Assembly: GCA_030324005.1 (NCBI GenBank) | Contig: JARDVH010000031.1 | Location: 66,004,767 to 66,068,766, forward strand | From: Negaprion brevirostris | Lineage: Eukaryota | Direction: 5' to 3' | DNA length: 64,000 nt | Shown here: piece by piece, positions 48,851 to 60,520 of the stretch | How positions within the stretch are numbered: the first letter of the stretch is position 1 | Layout of the letters: the number at the start of each line of letters is the position of its first letter | Translations under genes and position numbers: made by a program | The notes under the pieces: generated by a model | What the model was told of the DNA's origin: nothing | Databases searched by the model: none | Seen by the model: only the letters and a program-made list of their open reading frames with translations

Positions 48851-49055
48851 CAGTCCAAATTCGGCAACTCCATTTATGCCAACCCTACCACTTCTGCTGT
48901 GCTGGATCCAGACTAAACAGCTCCGAGTGAATAGAACAGATCCTGTATTAGAAACATGACTTAAATCACATTACTTAAAGGCGCAGTATTGTCACAGCGG
49001 CAATCCAAACTCAGCAACTCCATTTGTGCCAGCCCTACCATTTCTGTTGTGCTGG
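48851..49055 (+). repeat. Pair of 55-bp direct repeats 150 bp apart
   Basis: 48851-48905 versus 49001-49055: 48/55 identical, ungapped. Confidence 0.9.
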
Positions 49056-49269
49056 CATCTTCCAACTGCTGATCACACCTTTTCATGAATTATTTTTCAT
49101 GAATCAGGGACATGAAGCATTTGGTGTCAGAATATGAAGCCTTTGCAACACTGCTGCATTTCCTCTCTCCTTAGTTTGCTGATAGTCGTTCTGAGCGAAG
49201 AGCCTTCCATTTGTGGATACTCCAGGGCAATGGGACAGCTGACCATCTCAGCTGGCAAAGGTTGTAGCC

Positions 49270-49440
49270 TTCTGGGTTCTACCTTTTGGAACTCCTTCCC
49301 TAACCTTCCTTGTCCTCTCATCTTTAACATAAAGCTTTCATGATGGATTTGATCATTTGTTTCAAATGTTGTGTTCTCTTTGAAACATTCTGGGATGCTT
49401 TGCCATGTTGAAGGCACAAAAGTAAGTTGTTATTGTAGCT
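49270..49440 (+). mobile_element. L2-like 3' end
   Basis: ttttggaactccttccctaaccttc...tgaaacattctgggatgctttgccatgttgaaggc...gtaagttgttattgt. Confidence 0.5.
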
Positions 49441-49476
49441 ATGTGAATATTAAAATGGGATGTGTAGTGAAGTAAT

Positions 49477-49702
49477 GGCTGAAACTTCCTGTCCGTCCCA
49501 CTGGCAGGATCTTCCAATCCCACCGTAGGCGACCCTCCTTCCCCCCACCACAGCTTCCCCAGGAGAGAAGGGTGCAAANNNNNNNNNNAAACTATGGGGA
49601 AACCCATTGACAAAGGTGAAACCAGACAATCTTACTGCCAATCAATGACTGGCCACATCACTGTCGCACAATATGCCTGGGAGCGGGCAAAGATACCACC
49701 CA
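49477..49702. mobile_element. MITE
   Basis: Termini ggctgaaacttcc / gcaaagataccacc; related to 10861-10987. Confidence 0.45.
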
Positions 49703-50104
49703 ATCTTTTTAAGGAGTCTATGTCCTTAAATCTAATAGAATACAAAAACATATTCATAAGTTATTTTGTCTCAGTAAAGGAAAATATATGAGACATCAGT
49801 TGAAAGTCTTGCAGCATGCTCTTTAAAGCAGCTAAGCCCCTGGGAATAGTCCCCATTCACCTTGCACACTACTATATATCATGACAAGACTTTACACCAG
49901 ATACCTCTGATCAGCAGACAGCAGCGAATGATACGCTGCATATAGCAGATAGATTTGCCTATAGTATCTTATTCAAAGCATACTCAATAAAAAGTGTAAG
50001 GTGTAACATTTTATCCCTCACTGGTTATTCTAGTGTTTGGACGTAAGTTTTAGGAGAAATAATGGAACAATGCTTAAAACTGAAATCAAACACAGGTAAT
50101 TTAA

Positions 50105-50328
50105 AGAATCCCTGCAATGCAGAAGAAAGCTATTCAGCTCACCAAGTCTGCACCTACAACAACGCCACCCAAGTCCAATCCCTGCAACTCCTGTATTTAC
50201 TCTGTGTCCCCCTGACACTAAGGGGCAATTTAGCATGGTCAATTCACCTAACCCACATATCTTTGGACTATGAAGGAAACTGGAGCACCCGGAGGAAACC
50301 CATGCAGACACAAGAAGAATGTGCAAAA
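50105..50328 (-). mobile_element. 5'-truncated HE1-like V-SINE
   Basis: V-core and CR1-type tail. Confidence 0.85.
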
Positions 50329-50708
50329 TTACCAGATTTGAATAATACAGTAGAATACACCTCTTAACAATGCAGCCATTACAAATATATTATGATTCAC
50401 ACACTCACCCAATGAGTGATCACCTCCCTGTCAATTGTACCCTTCACCAGCTGACCATCTGCCTGAGTTATGCATTGCATCACTCCTTGCAATAGGTGGG
50501 ATATTTCATTGACAATATTGCAGCATCTTGTCAAAAGTCACCTTATCCAAGGAGCTGTCTTATTCTTTGTTCAAGCAATGTTATTAGAGAGCACCTTGAT
50601 ATTGGGCATCTGTTTAAACTTCCTTCAGTAATTTCATCACTGATGGATATTAAACAGATGCTTTCAGGATCTTCATCAGGAAATATGACAGCCACATCCT
50701 GCCTTGGT

Positions 50709-50710
<2 letters not shown>

Positions 50711-50744
<34 letters not shown>
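50711..50744. repeat. (CA)17 microsatellite
   Basis: Direct read. Confidence 0.97.
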
Positions 50745-50745
<1 letters not shown>

Positions 50746-51102
50746 TTCAAAACCACAAGATAATTGAACAATCCAAACCCCTTTTGACTTCTTACAAAAT
50801 GTTGACTGGAGACTTAAACACAGACTCTACCTGATTAAACATAACAAGAAAACTTTGTGGAGATAGATTCTTTGCATTGCAAAAGAAGACAAACTTGTCA
50901 TCTTCAATCAATGTCAACTTGTGTCAGTTTTCAAAACACTTAGGTTACGGACAGGGCTGCATGATGTTTGTGCTTGCGACGTTTCTCCAAATTCTAACTT
51001 GACATCAAGACATACCGTAACTTTGAAGTATGTCTGTTTATTGATTTTGACATGATTTTCTGACTTTTAGCTAAATACTCCATAGCCTTAAAATGTCCTT
51101 AC

Positions 51103-51119
51103 CTGGTCATTCTGTTCAC
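51103..51119 (-). CDS. Candidate 17-nt microexon
   Basis: ctattttcattacag|GTGAACAGAATGACCAG|gtaagg; near-consensus acceptor and donor in unique sequence. Confidence 0.3.
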
Positions 51120-52265
51120 CTGTAATGAAAATAGATTTCAGATGTTCACCAACTTTAGTTCGAAAAACCTTTTGGCCTCCATGATGTATGCTGGTCAGGT
51201 TCAGTCAGTTTCTGTACATTGTCTACAGTCAACATTATTTTGTATTTCATTTAAACCAGTTTGCTCCCTCTGGAATAAATAGCTTTTTGCAAATCCCAAC
51301 CACAAATTTCACTTTAAAGTACGATTAAATCAGTCAAAAATATTATAGCTTCTTACAAAAATAAGGTTGCGCTTTTTGTTTTTTTTAGTTAGAGACAGTA
51401 CATCAAGTGTTGCACCTAAGGTTAATTGGAAAAATTATCTCATCGGAACAAAACATAAATAGGTTCCACAGAGTTTTCTTCATTCCAATACACTATTCTA
51501 CACCAGTCCTATTTCAGGTACACCTGTGATCCATCAAAGTCATTTCCCTGACTGTCCCCATGGGCGCTCAGTGGCTCAGCCAAGCATGGCAGCTCTGACA
51601 GTGTGCCGGCTGTACAAAAGAAATTGGATGATTTAAACGGCTTGTATAGCTTTAACCTCCAGTATGTTTGGTGGAGAATACTTTTGTCGCTTGCCCGAGG
51701 TGTGTGAATGAATGGAAACTGGGATTAACAGCTGGTATACCCGCTAGGAATGTGACAAACCATAGACTAAACATGGTCAATGTCGTTGAGGAAAAGGCCT
51801 CCATTTCTTGTCTTTCCACGGCAAGAACTCATGTCATGTAAGGTGCAGATGTATATTCTGATAAATGTTTCTTTGTTTGCATGTATATTAATGAGCTGTC
51901 ACAAAACCTGTAGACAGAGCAAACATATTTAAAAAACCCTTCAACATAAACAGCTGATAACAACGTGTTAGAGGACTTCAAAATACTCTGGGATTTAAAA
52001 CATTAATAAAGAATATTAGAACAGAGTGGGTTAGCTTAGGATAAAAATCACAGACTGCCTTGGGTATACTTTGCAGAGGCACTGTCCGCATGGAAACACA
52101 TATAACCACAGTTAGAGAATTTAAAACATTATTTTTTAAAGTGTATTATTGAATAAGCATATATTGAATAAGCTAATAGCATCATGGAAAAATGAAGTAA
52201 AGTGATCCTCGTTCTTTATAACAATATCCTCACAGAAGCATAGCTCCTATTAGCATTGGTACCAA

Positions 52266-52550
52266 TCATAAGAACATAAGAAATAGGAGCAGGAGTAGGC
52301 CATCTAGCCCTTCGAGCCTGCCCCGCCATTCAATANNNNNNNNNNNNNNNNNNNNNNNNNNNNNNNNNNNNNNNNNNNNNNNNNNNNNNNNNNNNNNNNN
52401 NNNNNNNNNNNNNNNNNNNNNNNNNNNNNNNNNNNAATAGTAATCCCTCCTACTATTATTTCTGCCAAAGTGGATAACCTCACACTTGCTAACATTATAC
52501 TCCATTTGCCAGGTCCTCACCCACTCGCTCAGCCTATCCAGATCCCTCTA
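52266..52550 (-). mobile_element. CR1 LINE 3' region spanning gap
   Basis: cataagaacataagaaataggagc tail; WQMEYNVSKCEVIHFGRNN. Confidence 0.9.
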
Positions 52551-53092
52551 CCGCACTAGTCACATCCTCATAGAAATCCAATAAATTTGTCAAACTTGTC
52601 TCATTCAGATCAGTGAATGAGACATTCAGTGAGCAAGGACAAGCTAATGGTTCCAGAGAGCTTAATGAATAGACAGAGTGTTAAACCAGATAAGAATTTA
52701 GGCCAGGTGGTCATGGGAAAGTCAGGTAGAAACCATTGGAACTCATTGTTCCCATGCTGTCAGAGAGTATCTGTAATTGGCCAAGGTATATGACACTTAC
52801 TAATGATGACTGTTTTGTAATAATGATTGGCTCATGATGAGCCAGAAGGTGAGTACAATGTCTTTTGGAAGTTGTATAATTGTATTCGCACTGCAATGTA
52901 ACTTCAGAGAAGAGTTGGGTTTCCAACCCTTCTCTCCCAGTGTGCATTGGTCAATAAAGAAGTTCATTCACCAGGATACTGTAGTCTCAAGCCTTTGTAT
53001 TAGCTAAAATTAAACCAATACTTAGCCTCTGAAAAAGCGCTACAAGCTATAATTGCATTTTAAAATTAAAGCCAAACATAAAAATGCTTTTA

Positions 53093-53280
53093 CAAAAACA
53101 GAAAATGCTGGAAAATCTCTGTAGGTCTGAGAGCATTTGTGGGGCAAGGATAGAGCTAACATTTTAAGTCTGACTTAACATTATCTTTACTCTCTCTCCA
53201 CAGATACTGTCAGACTTGCTGAGATTTTCTACCTTTTTCTGTTTTTGTTTCAGATTCCAGCATCGCTGTAATTTGCTTTT
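53093..53280. mobile_element. Penelope-like family B inverted pair (hairpin), centre deleted
   Basis: caaaaacagaaaatgctggaaaatctc..gtctga..tgtgg pairs with ccacagatactgtcagac..gagattttcta..tttctgtttttg. Confidence 0.7.
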
Positions 53281-53409
53281 ATAAAAATTCTTACTTTTTC
53301 TCTTACATTTTGGTGAAATGTTGTTAGTGTGTGCTTAAACTGGACCAGATGCTGGGCAGCACAACAGCTCAGTGACTGTCACTGTTTGCTGTGCAGACAC
53401 ATGGATTTG

Positions 53410-53632
53410 GGCCAGTGTCTGTGGGAGTTTGCGCATTCTCNNNNNNNNNNNNNNNNNNNNNNNNNNNNNNNNNNNNNNNNNNNNNNNNNNNNNNNNNNNN
53501 NNNNNNNNNNNNNNNNNNNNNNNNNNNNNNNNNNNNNNNNNNNNNNNNNNNNNNNNNNNNNNNNNNNNNNNNNNNNNNNNNNNNNNNNNNNNNNNNNNNN
53601 NNNNNNGTTAATGTAAGCCTACTTGTGACACT
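53410..53632 (+). mobile_element. HE1-like V-SINE, tail B, spanning gap
   Basis: tgtctgtgggagtttgcgcattctc ... gttaatgtaagcctacttgtgacact. Confidence 0.8.
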
Positions 53633-53877
53633 CATGAATCATAAAAATAAAACAAGAAAATCAATTTTACTTCCAATATTGTTTGAATAATAGTCCAAAC
53701 TATAGACTGAATTCTCACCTCCTCCCAAAATAGCGAAGACGATTTTTTTGCAGCATCTTCAACGGTGACAAAGCTTTAGCTTTGGAATAATAAGTCACTT
53801 ATCATTGCAAAAAGTGCTTTATCTGTCCAAACTACCTTGTGGCTAAAACTCTCTCTCTCTCCCCTGCTCTCACTCAC

Positions 53878-53925
53878 CCGAAGGCTTGCGCTCCCTCACT
53901 TTCTCAAAACTGCTAGGCATGCCCT
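53878..53925 (-). CDS. Candidate 48-nt phase-1/phase-1 exon of an unidentified gene
   Basis: ctttattttattgtgacag|AGGGCATG...CCTTCGG|gtgagt; only one frame open: GMPSSFEKVRERKPS. Confidence 0.35.
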
Positions 53926-53929
53926 CTGT

Positions 53930-54350
53930 CACAATAAAATAAAGCTGAACCACCAATAAACATGAGCTGAAACGGAAGATATATATACCTAACTGAACTC
54001 ATAAGCAGCTTATCTTACTTTTTTGAATAATCATAGCCCTGATATTCATTTTACACATAGCAGAAACATATCAGCTGCAAATTCTGGCTTTATATCATTT
54101 CAATCTTATCAAGCAATCTGTTTGATTTATTAATTGCACCCATTATTTCCCAATCTAATGGAACATATCAATAACTTGCTGCTATAATCATTTTCCTCCG
54201 CCTCCAAAAGCAATAAAAATAATGCCAATTCTTTTGTCATCATAACCAGCAAATAAAATTCTGGAACACTGGAGATTTGAAACATAATTCCTATATGTGT
54301 CGTATCAATCATGGTAATCAAAGCTAGCAGCCAATCGCCACTTATCTTTA
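53930..54350. promoter_or_regulatory. Candidate conserved non-coding block
   Basis: Unique sequence with repeated CAATAAA, ATTAATTG, ATCAAT, AATCAAAG (TCF-like) and CCAATC. Confidence 0.3.
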
Positions 54351-54765
54351 GCATGACCCATGAAGCTGATGAACCATTCATCCATGCCTTAAAGTTACTC
54401 AGTCCAGCTGTGAATTCTGCCATTTCCCTGGTGAATGGCTCATTGGAAATTGAGGAGAATTACAGGTGGAAATAAATTAGATAAGACCCAATAAAGAATG
54501 CATGATTAGCTCACACCCATTGGCTGCGATGAAGACAACACGCTGCTCATTATAATCATTATAGTGCACAGTCAGTGCTGAATGCACTGTTAAGTTGTAT
54601 GTTTGAGTAGGGTACAGGTATCTTGAGAGGCAAACACAAGTTCCAATTAGCCTGAGCTATTTAATCCAACAGTGCCACTCAAATTGAGTGAGGGGGGGAC
54701 ACTTCAGATGGAGTAGGTGCTACATTTCATTGCAGAAGTAACTTGGGTGTAGGAAAGACAAATGA

Positions 54766-55990
54766 ATGGCACAACAGACTGGAGAGGGCACTCCAAGGTT
54801 CTCTGTCATAGCATAAGAGACCTTGCAGAGGGAGGTGGAAGGGCAAGCAAGATGCCCTATATCAACAGGGAATCCATTGTTTGCTGGAGCAGGCAAGTGA
54901 AGGAGCAGAGAGTCAGATAAGAAATTACCTGTTAAAAACCTGTTTAAATAAGTTTAANNNNNNNNNNNNNNNNNNNNNNNNNNNNNNNNNNNNNNNNNNN
55001 NNNNNNNNNNNNNNNNNNNNNNNNNNNNNNNNNNNNNNNNNNNNNNNNNNNNNNNNNTGCTCCTATTTCTTATGTTCTTATGTTCTTATGTTATGTTCTT
55101 AATACTCCACCAGATGCACAACTAGCCTCACACACTGCTCAGTGTGTACAGCCCCCTTACTCATCAAATGGTAGCATCTAATCAATGGGGACAGGCATTG
55201 CCAGCACTGTTTTAGAAGAGATGGTGCTCACCATCATTAGAGTGATAATGACTGACGCTCTGGTCAGTGGTGAGGCAGGAGCAAATAAAGATGATATGTT
55301 GCAACTAATCCATCTTCTCGCAATCTACCAGCCTCTCATCTCACAACCTTTTCTGATTCTGAAGCTGTAGATGGCATAAGCATACTTGTCGCGCATTCTC
55401 CCTCTTTCTCCACTACTACCCTTGACTTAAAACTTTCTCATTTTCAAATACACAAGAACTGTTACTGGCCAGGCAGCGTTGCAGGCAAGTGGAAGAAGAC
55501 AGGATGATGAAATACAGTGATTCAAATTCACACTCTCAGCCAGCACTATGTGTTCCTTTGAGGGTAGATTTGAGAATGGCTTGTGGTGAGTCACCAGGCA
55601 TGACGTGGCCTGCAGCCAGAGAAGGTAGGAAAGGTTGTAGAGGTTCCAGCTCGCTAGAGGACTCAGATGAGGACTTCAATGGAGCAGTGTGCTGAAAAAG
55701 ACTGATGGGAATGCATGGTGCAATGTATGCTGAATGGGCAAGCCTGCCAGAAAACCCACATCATTGTCAAGAGTGTGGATGAGTCTGGATTCAACTTGGC
55801 ACAGGGTTTTGTGCAGTGTTGGAACACATCCTTCCCAGTTTGGAAAAAGTGGCCAACTTCATGTGAATACTTGTAGATTTAACTCAGGGTGCAGTGCCTG
55901 ATGGCCAATATTTCACCTTCCATTGCAGCACAAGCAGAAGTCACCCAATGTCTAAGTGCTGCAGTGGAAGATGTTAAGATGCCTGCAGAG
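54766..55990 (+). pseudogene. Fossil Harbinger Myb/SANT-like accessory gene; CR1 tail inserted at about 54957-55100
   Basis: MAQQTGEGTPRFSVIA*ETLQREVEG..DALYQQG resembles the R-PRFS--E-E-L-EEV Myb/SANT-like start; later DSDEDFNGAVC*KRLMGMH. Confidence 0.55.
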
Positions 55991-56879
55991 TAATCTTGCA
56001 AAAAAAGGAGAAATGAATGAGAAACTTTCACTGTTTAAGACAGTTACTGTAAAAAAAAAACAATACTTAATAGTTAACTAATTAGCGCAATAGAGAAACT
56101 TTATGACACATGTTTACTTTAAGCCATACTCCTGGTAGGTGTGTTGTCTTGTAGATTAAATCCCACACTCTCCTTGGCTTTTCAGCAGACCCCTTGCTGT
56201 CTGCCACACTAAACAGAGTCTCAAATATCCTTAACAGTCACTCCACTCAGATTTCTGAGTGTTCCTGAACTGATTCCCAGTAACATGGCCCACTCCAGCA
56301 ACTCCTTGATTCTTAACTCCCCACAAGTCTCCTCTCATCAAACAGAGAACCGGTTCTCACCAGCATCCTGCTTGGCAGCCAACACAAGAAACAATCTTTT
56401 CCCCTGCATTTTTATAGCAGCAGTAATTTGTATTTTCTTCCCCAGACATCTGTTGCTGAGGGTCTCTGTGCCCAGAAAACCAGCTGCCCCTTTTTTTGCG
56501 CCAAAACTGTCACTTGAATTTCTATTGTGTTCAGCCTGGGTCTCTTTCCCCATGAAAACCAGACGACGTAGGCATGTTTCTAGGCAAGGGTTAAGTAGGA
56601 ACTTGCTCTCCCCTGCTCGAGTCATTCCATTACACTTAAATTAAGAGACATTTTAAAACCTAACTTGTTATAAAGCCACACATTCCTAACAAAGCTCAGA
56701 CCAAGGCCATGAAATGTCAGCCTGATGGAATGTAGACTCATACTGCTGCCATCATAGTTACAAATCTTAGTATTCAAAGAGGTTTACGGGGTCCCACAGC
56801 ACTTCCGCAATCTGTGCACCAACAAATTACTCGGATTGTTGTGGTTCTGCTGAGGCTTTTTGGAGCTCAAAGAAGCATG

Positions 56880-57172
56880 GGTGGGCATGCTGGCACAGTG
56901 GTTAGCACTCCTGTTTCACAGCACCAGAGACCCAGGTTCAATGCCTAGCTTGGGTCACTGCCTGTGCAGAGTCTGCACATTCTCCCCATGTCTGTGTGGG
57001 TTTCCTCTGGGTGCTCCAGTTTCCTTCTACAGTTCAAAAGATTTGTTGGTTAGATGCATTGGCAATGCAAAATTTTTCCTCAGTGTACCCGAACAGGGAC
57101 TAGAGTGTGGCGACCAGAGGATTTTCTCAGTAACCTCATGGCAGTATTAATGTAAGCCTAATTGTGACACTA
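56880..57172 (+). mobile_element. HE1-like V-SINE, tail B
   Basis: Head, V-core, cctcagtgtacccgaacagg..gtgtggcgac..taatgtaagccta. Confidence 0.9.
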
Positions 57173-57547
57173 AAAACTCAATTTTAAACTTTTTAAACAG
57201 AACCTACTGTAAATCCACATGTTGACAGTATTTATCCGCCAATGTTTCAGCATTATGGTTAAGAGGATGCCATAAACTTTTGTAAGAGAGGGAAATGAAT
57301 ATATGGTTCTGCTGTTGAATTGGGTTACATTCAGTGGTGGAAGGGGAAGTGTTTGTTGTTTAGCTCTTCTNNNNNNNNNNNNNNNNNNNNNNNNNNNNNN
57401 NNNNNNNNNNNNNNNNNNNNNNNNNNNNNNNNNNNNNNNNNNNNNNNNNNNNNNNNNNNNNNNNNNNNNNNNNNNNNNNNNNNNNNNNNNNNNNNNNNNN
57501 NNNNNNNNNNNNNNNNNNNNNNNNNNNNNNNNNNCATTTCAGAAGTA

Positions 57548-57783
57548 ATTTAAGAGTCAACCATGTTGCTGCGGACCTGGAGTCACGTATCAACCAGACC
57601 AGTTGAGGATGACAAATTTCCTTCCCTAGTGAACCAGAAATTTTCTTTAGATGACAATGGATTCATGACTTTTAATTCCAGATTTTTTAATGGGTATAAT
57701 TTCACCTTCTGCCATGGTGGGATTTGAACACAGGGTCTCTAGATTACTGGTCCAGTGGCAATACCACTGAGCCACCACCTTCC
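57548..57783 (-). mobile_element. Second tRNA-headed SINE family
   Basis: Minus head ggtggtggctcagtggtattgccactggac..gttcaaatcccaccatggcagaaggtg homologous to 42668-42800. Confidence 0.75.
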
Positions 57784-57967
57784 CAAGAGCGATTCGGAAT
57801 GGGCAACAAATTCTAGTGTTTCCAGCAGCATTCATGAAAGCATAAAGGAAAAAGCTGTGCCCTTATGACGGGATGGTTGTGCAAAAGACAGCAACCATGA
57901 CAAATTCTGACTCTCATTCTGGTGAGTACTGGATGGTTCCTCTCGAGTGTCCCAGGTAGTCAAATGG

Positions 57968-58044
57968 TCATAGAATCATAGAAGCCTACAGTGCAGAAAG
58001 AGGCCCTTCAGCCCATCGAGTCTGCACCAACCACAATCCCTCCC
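57968..58044 (-). mobile_element. HE1-like SINE 3' end before gap
   Basis: catagaatcatagaagcctacagtgcagaaagaggcc. Confidence 0.8.
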
Positions 58045-58796
58045 NNNNNNNNNNNNNNNNNNNNNNNNNNNNNNNNNNNNNNNNNNNNNNNNNNNNNNNN
58101 NNNNNNNNNNNNNNNNNNNNNNNNNNNNNNNNNNNNNNNNNNNNCACCCAAAACCATTCCTTGTCACCAGATCAAATCTTCATATCTTTATATGTCAAAA
58201 TAAAATCTAACTGGTGTTTCAAAAAAAGTGATTTCCTGAATTAATACATGGTGTTATATGTCTAAATATTATAAACAGTCAAATGTGTATTTTTTTCTCT
58301 GCCATTGCTGATTTAAGTCGATCGTCTTGACTTGTTCTGTGCTTTCAGACTGCTATCAAAAGATTGTCTGAAAGAAGGCATTTCATGCAAAATTGTCCTC
58401 TTCAGTGACATCATGAGCGGATGATGCAGACAATATTCTCAATTGTCACTGCTGAGGAGATTCACCAGAACACATCTGCTTCTAGTCTGCTTCTGCCTGG
58501 TTGAATAAAAGCACAAAATGAACTGAGATAAACCAGTAAATAGAACAATTTACACTCTTTTTAATAGTGCCTTTAAAGTACAAAATATACTAAGGCATGT
58601 CAAGAGAAATGGAATGTCAAGGACAGGAGAAAGTTTACAACTTGGCAAGAAGGTTGGTTTTAAGATGTTTTAATGGAGAAGGGGGTCGGGGGAGGTGTTC
58701 AGGCAGCAAAGAGCAAGGCTTATGCATTAAAAGCTCTGCCACTAATCATCATGTAAAACAAAGGAGAGACGCACAAGGTTAAGACCAAATTACTGA

Positions 58797-59149
58797 ATCA
58801 TAGAATTCCTATAGTGTGGAAGAGGCCATTCGCCCCGTTGAGTATGCACCAATCTTCCGAAGGAGCACCCTATCTAGGCCAATCCCTCATCCTAACCCCA
58901 TAACCCAGCACAACGATCATGGTCAATCCACCTAACCAGCACATCTTGAACACTAAGGGGCAATCTAGCATGGCTAGTCCACCTAAACTGCACGTCTTTG
59001 GACTGTGGAAGGAAACCAGAGCACCCGAAGGAATCCCGTGCAGACACGGGGAGAATGTACAAACTCCATACAATCACCCATGGCTGGAATAAAACCCCAT
59101 CCCTGGCCCATGAAGCAGCAGTGCTCACCGCTGTGCCATTGTGCCGCCC
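58797..59149 (-). mobile_element. HE1-like V-SINE (internal-duplication subfamily) inserted in a degraded L2 fragment (about 58590-59270)
   Basis: catggtcaatccacctaaccagcacatctt unit repeated as catggctagtccacctaaactgcacgtctt. Confidence 0.88.
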
Positions 59150-59364
59150 CAATGACCAAATGACTAAAGAGTGCTGGTGGAAAAGGTTAAGAAAGGTTGC
59201 AGAGATAACATGGAGGTTTCTTATTTAACTTGAGTGACAGGCCATGGGGGAAGATGTCAAAGGAGCAGAGTTTGTGTCTTCTTAACGCTAAGAGGAACAA
59301 AATTGTAAGTCATTCGTATCTGTTTAACAATCAGCAACAATCCTACGGTGAATTCAGATGACAT

Positions 59365-59597
59365 TTCTTTACCCAAAGAGTGGTTAGAATGTGGAACTTG
59401 CTACCACAGGAGTAGATGAGTCAACCAGTATAGATGCATTAAAGGGGAAGCTAGAAAAACACATGACAGAGAAAAAAAATGGAAAAATATTTTGAGAGGG
59501 TTTTATAAAGAAGATTGGAAGAGGCCTCTTGCAGAGTACAGATGTTGGCATAGACCAGTTAGACTGAATGGCATGTTTCTATACTGTACATTCTAAG
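59365..59597 (+). mobile_element. CR1 LINE 3' end
   Basis: ttctttacccaaagagtggttagaatgtggaacttgctacca (FFTQRVVRMWNLLP). Confidence 0.8.
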
Positions 59598-59739
59598 GAA
59601 TAGTGTGTAATATCAGACAACTAATCTGGCAGAATGGAAATTATTATGGGTTGAGAAAAGTAGGCAACAGGTTGGATTGGGTGTAGTTGGCATACATATG
59701 AAAGCAAGCACTGTGCCAATGCATGATGGTGATAAGTAG

Positions 59740-59985
59740 CAATGTGCAGACAAAGAAAAGGAGGGCTCCAAGAATAGACCAGCACAGAGAAGGAAGGCAT
59801 TTCTGGGGATGTATTGTTTCCATCTGAATATCTAGGATTGGACGCAGACACTTGCAATTCCAATGAGCTGAAAAATGGAAAGAGATGGTGCAGGTTGGGG
59901 AAAGCATGATCAACCATGTCATATGTTGCAAGAGGCTAGGAAAGGACAAGGAGCGATATTGCACCATGCTCACAGGCTGAGGTAA
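59740..59985 (+). pseudogene. Possible fossil Harbinger Myb/SANT-like gene fragment
   Basis: KRRAPR..DVLFP..WKEMVQV..LQEARK..SDI across frameshifts, followed by a GT donor; very decayed. Confidence 0.35.
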
Positions 59986-60173
59986 TTTTATTTGGGACCT
60001 TGATCAGGGCAGCCTCAGTGTTAATTAACTTTGTGTATAACTTTAAGACTTTTGTATTAAAGTATTCAAACAATTAATTTCCAATTTCCAACCATGACTG
60101 AGTGGATCTAAGTGATGATTAGGTGAATCTTTGAGACTAGGAAAGGCCCACATCCGATCCCTAATTTATAGAA

Positions 60174-60520
60174 ATCATAGAATAGAATCCCCACAGTGCA
60201 GAAAGAAACTATTTGGCCCATCGAGTCTGCACAGACCACAATCCCACTCAGGTTCTACCCCCTTATCCCTACATATTTACCCACTAATCCCTCTAATCTA
60301 TGCATCTCAGGACATTAAGGGGCAGTTTTTTTAAGCATGGTTAATTAACCTAACCCGCACATCTTTGGACTGTGGAAGGAAACCAGAGCACCTGGAGGAA
60401 ACCCACACAGACATGAGGAGAATGTGCAAACTCCACACAGACAGTGACCCAAGCCAGGAATCGAACCCAGGTCCCCAGAGCTGTGAAGCAGCAGTGCTAA
60501 CCACTGTGCTACCGTGCCAC
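60174..60520 (-). mobile_element. HE1-like V-SINE
   Basis: Full head, V-core and tail. Confidence 0.9.

Noticed and set aside
48851-49055. Repeat-spacer-repeat pattern as CRISPR
   Set aside because: Only two diverged 55-bp units, vertebrate context, no cas genes
50496-50834. 112-aa plus ORF with a THTHTH run
   Set aside because: Passes through the CA microsatellite; no homology or donor site
54130-54423. 97-aa hydrophobic minus ORF
   Set aside because: Hydrophobicity follows from T-rich composition; no splice or homology support
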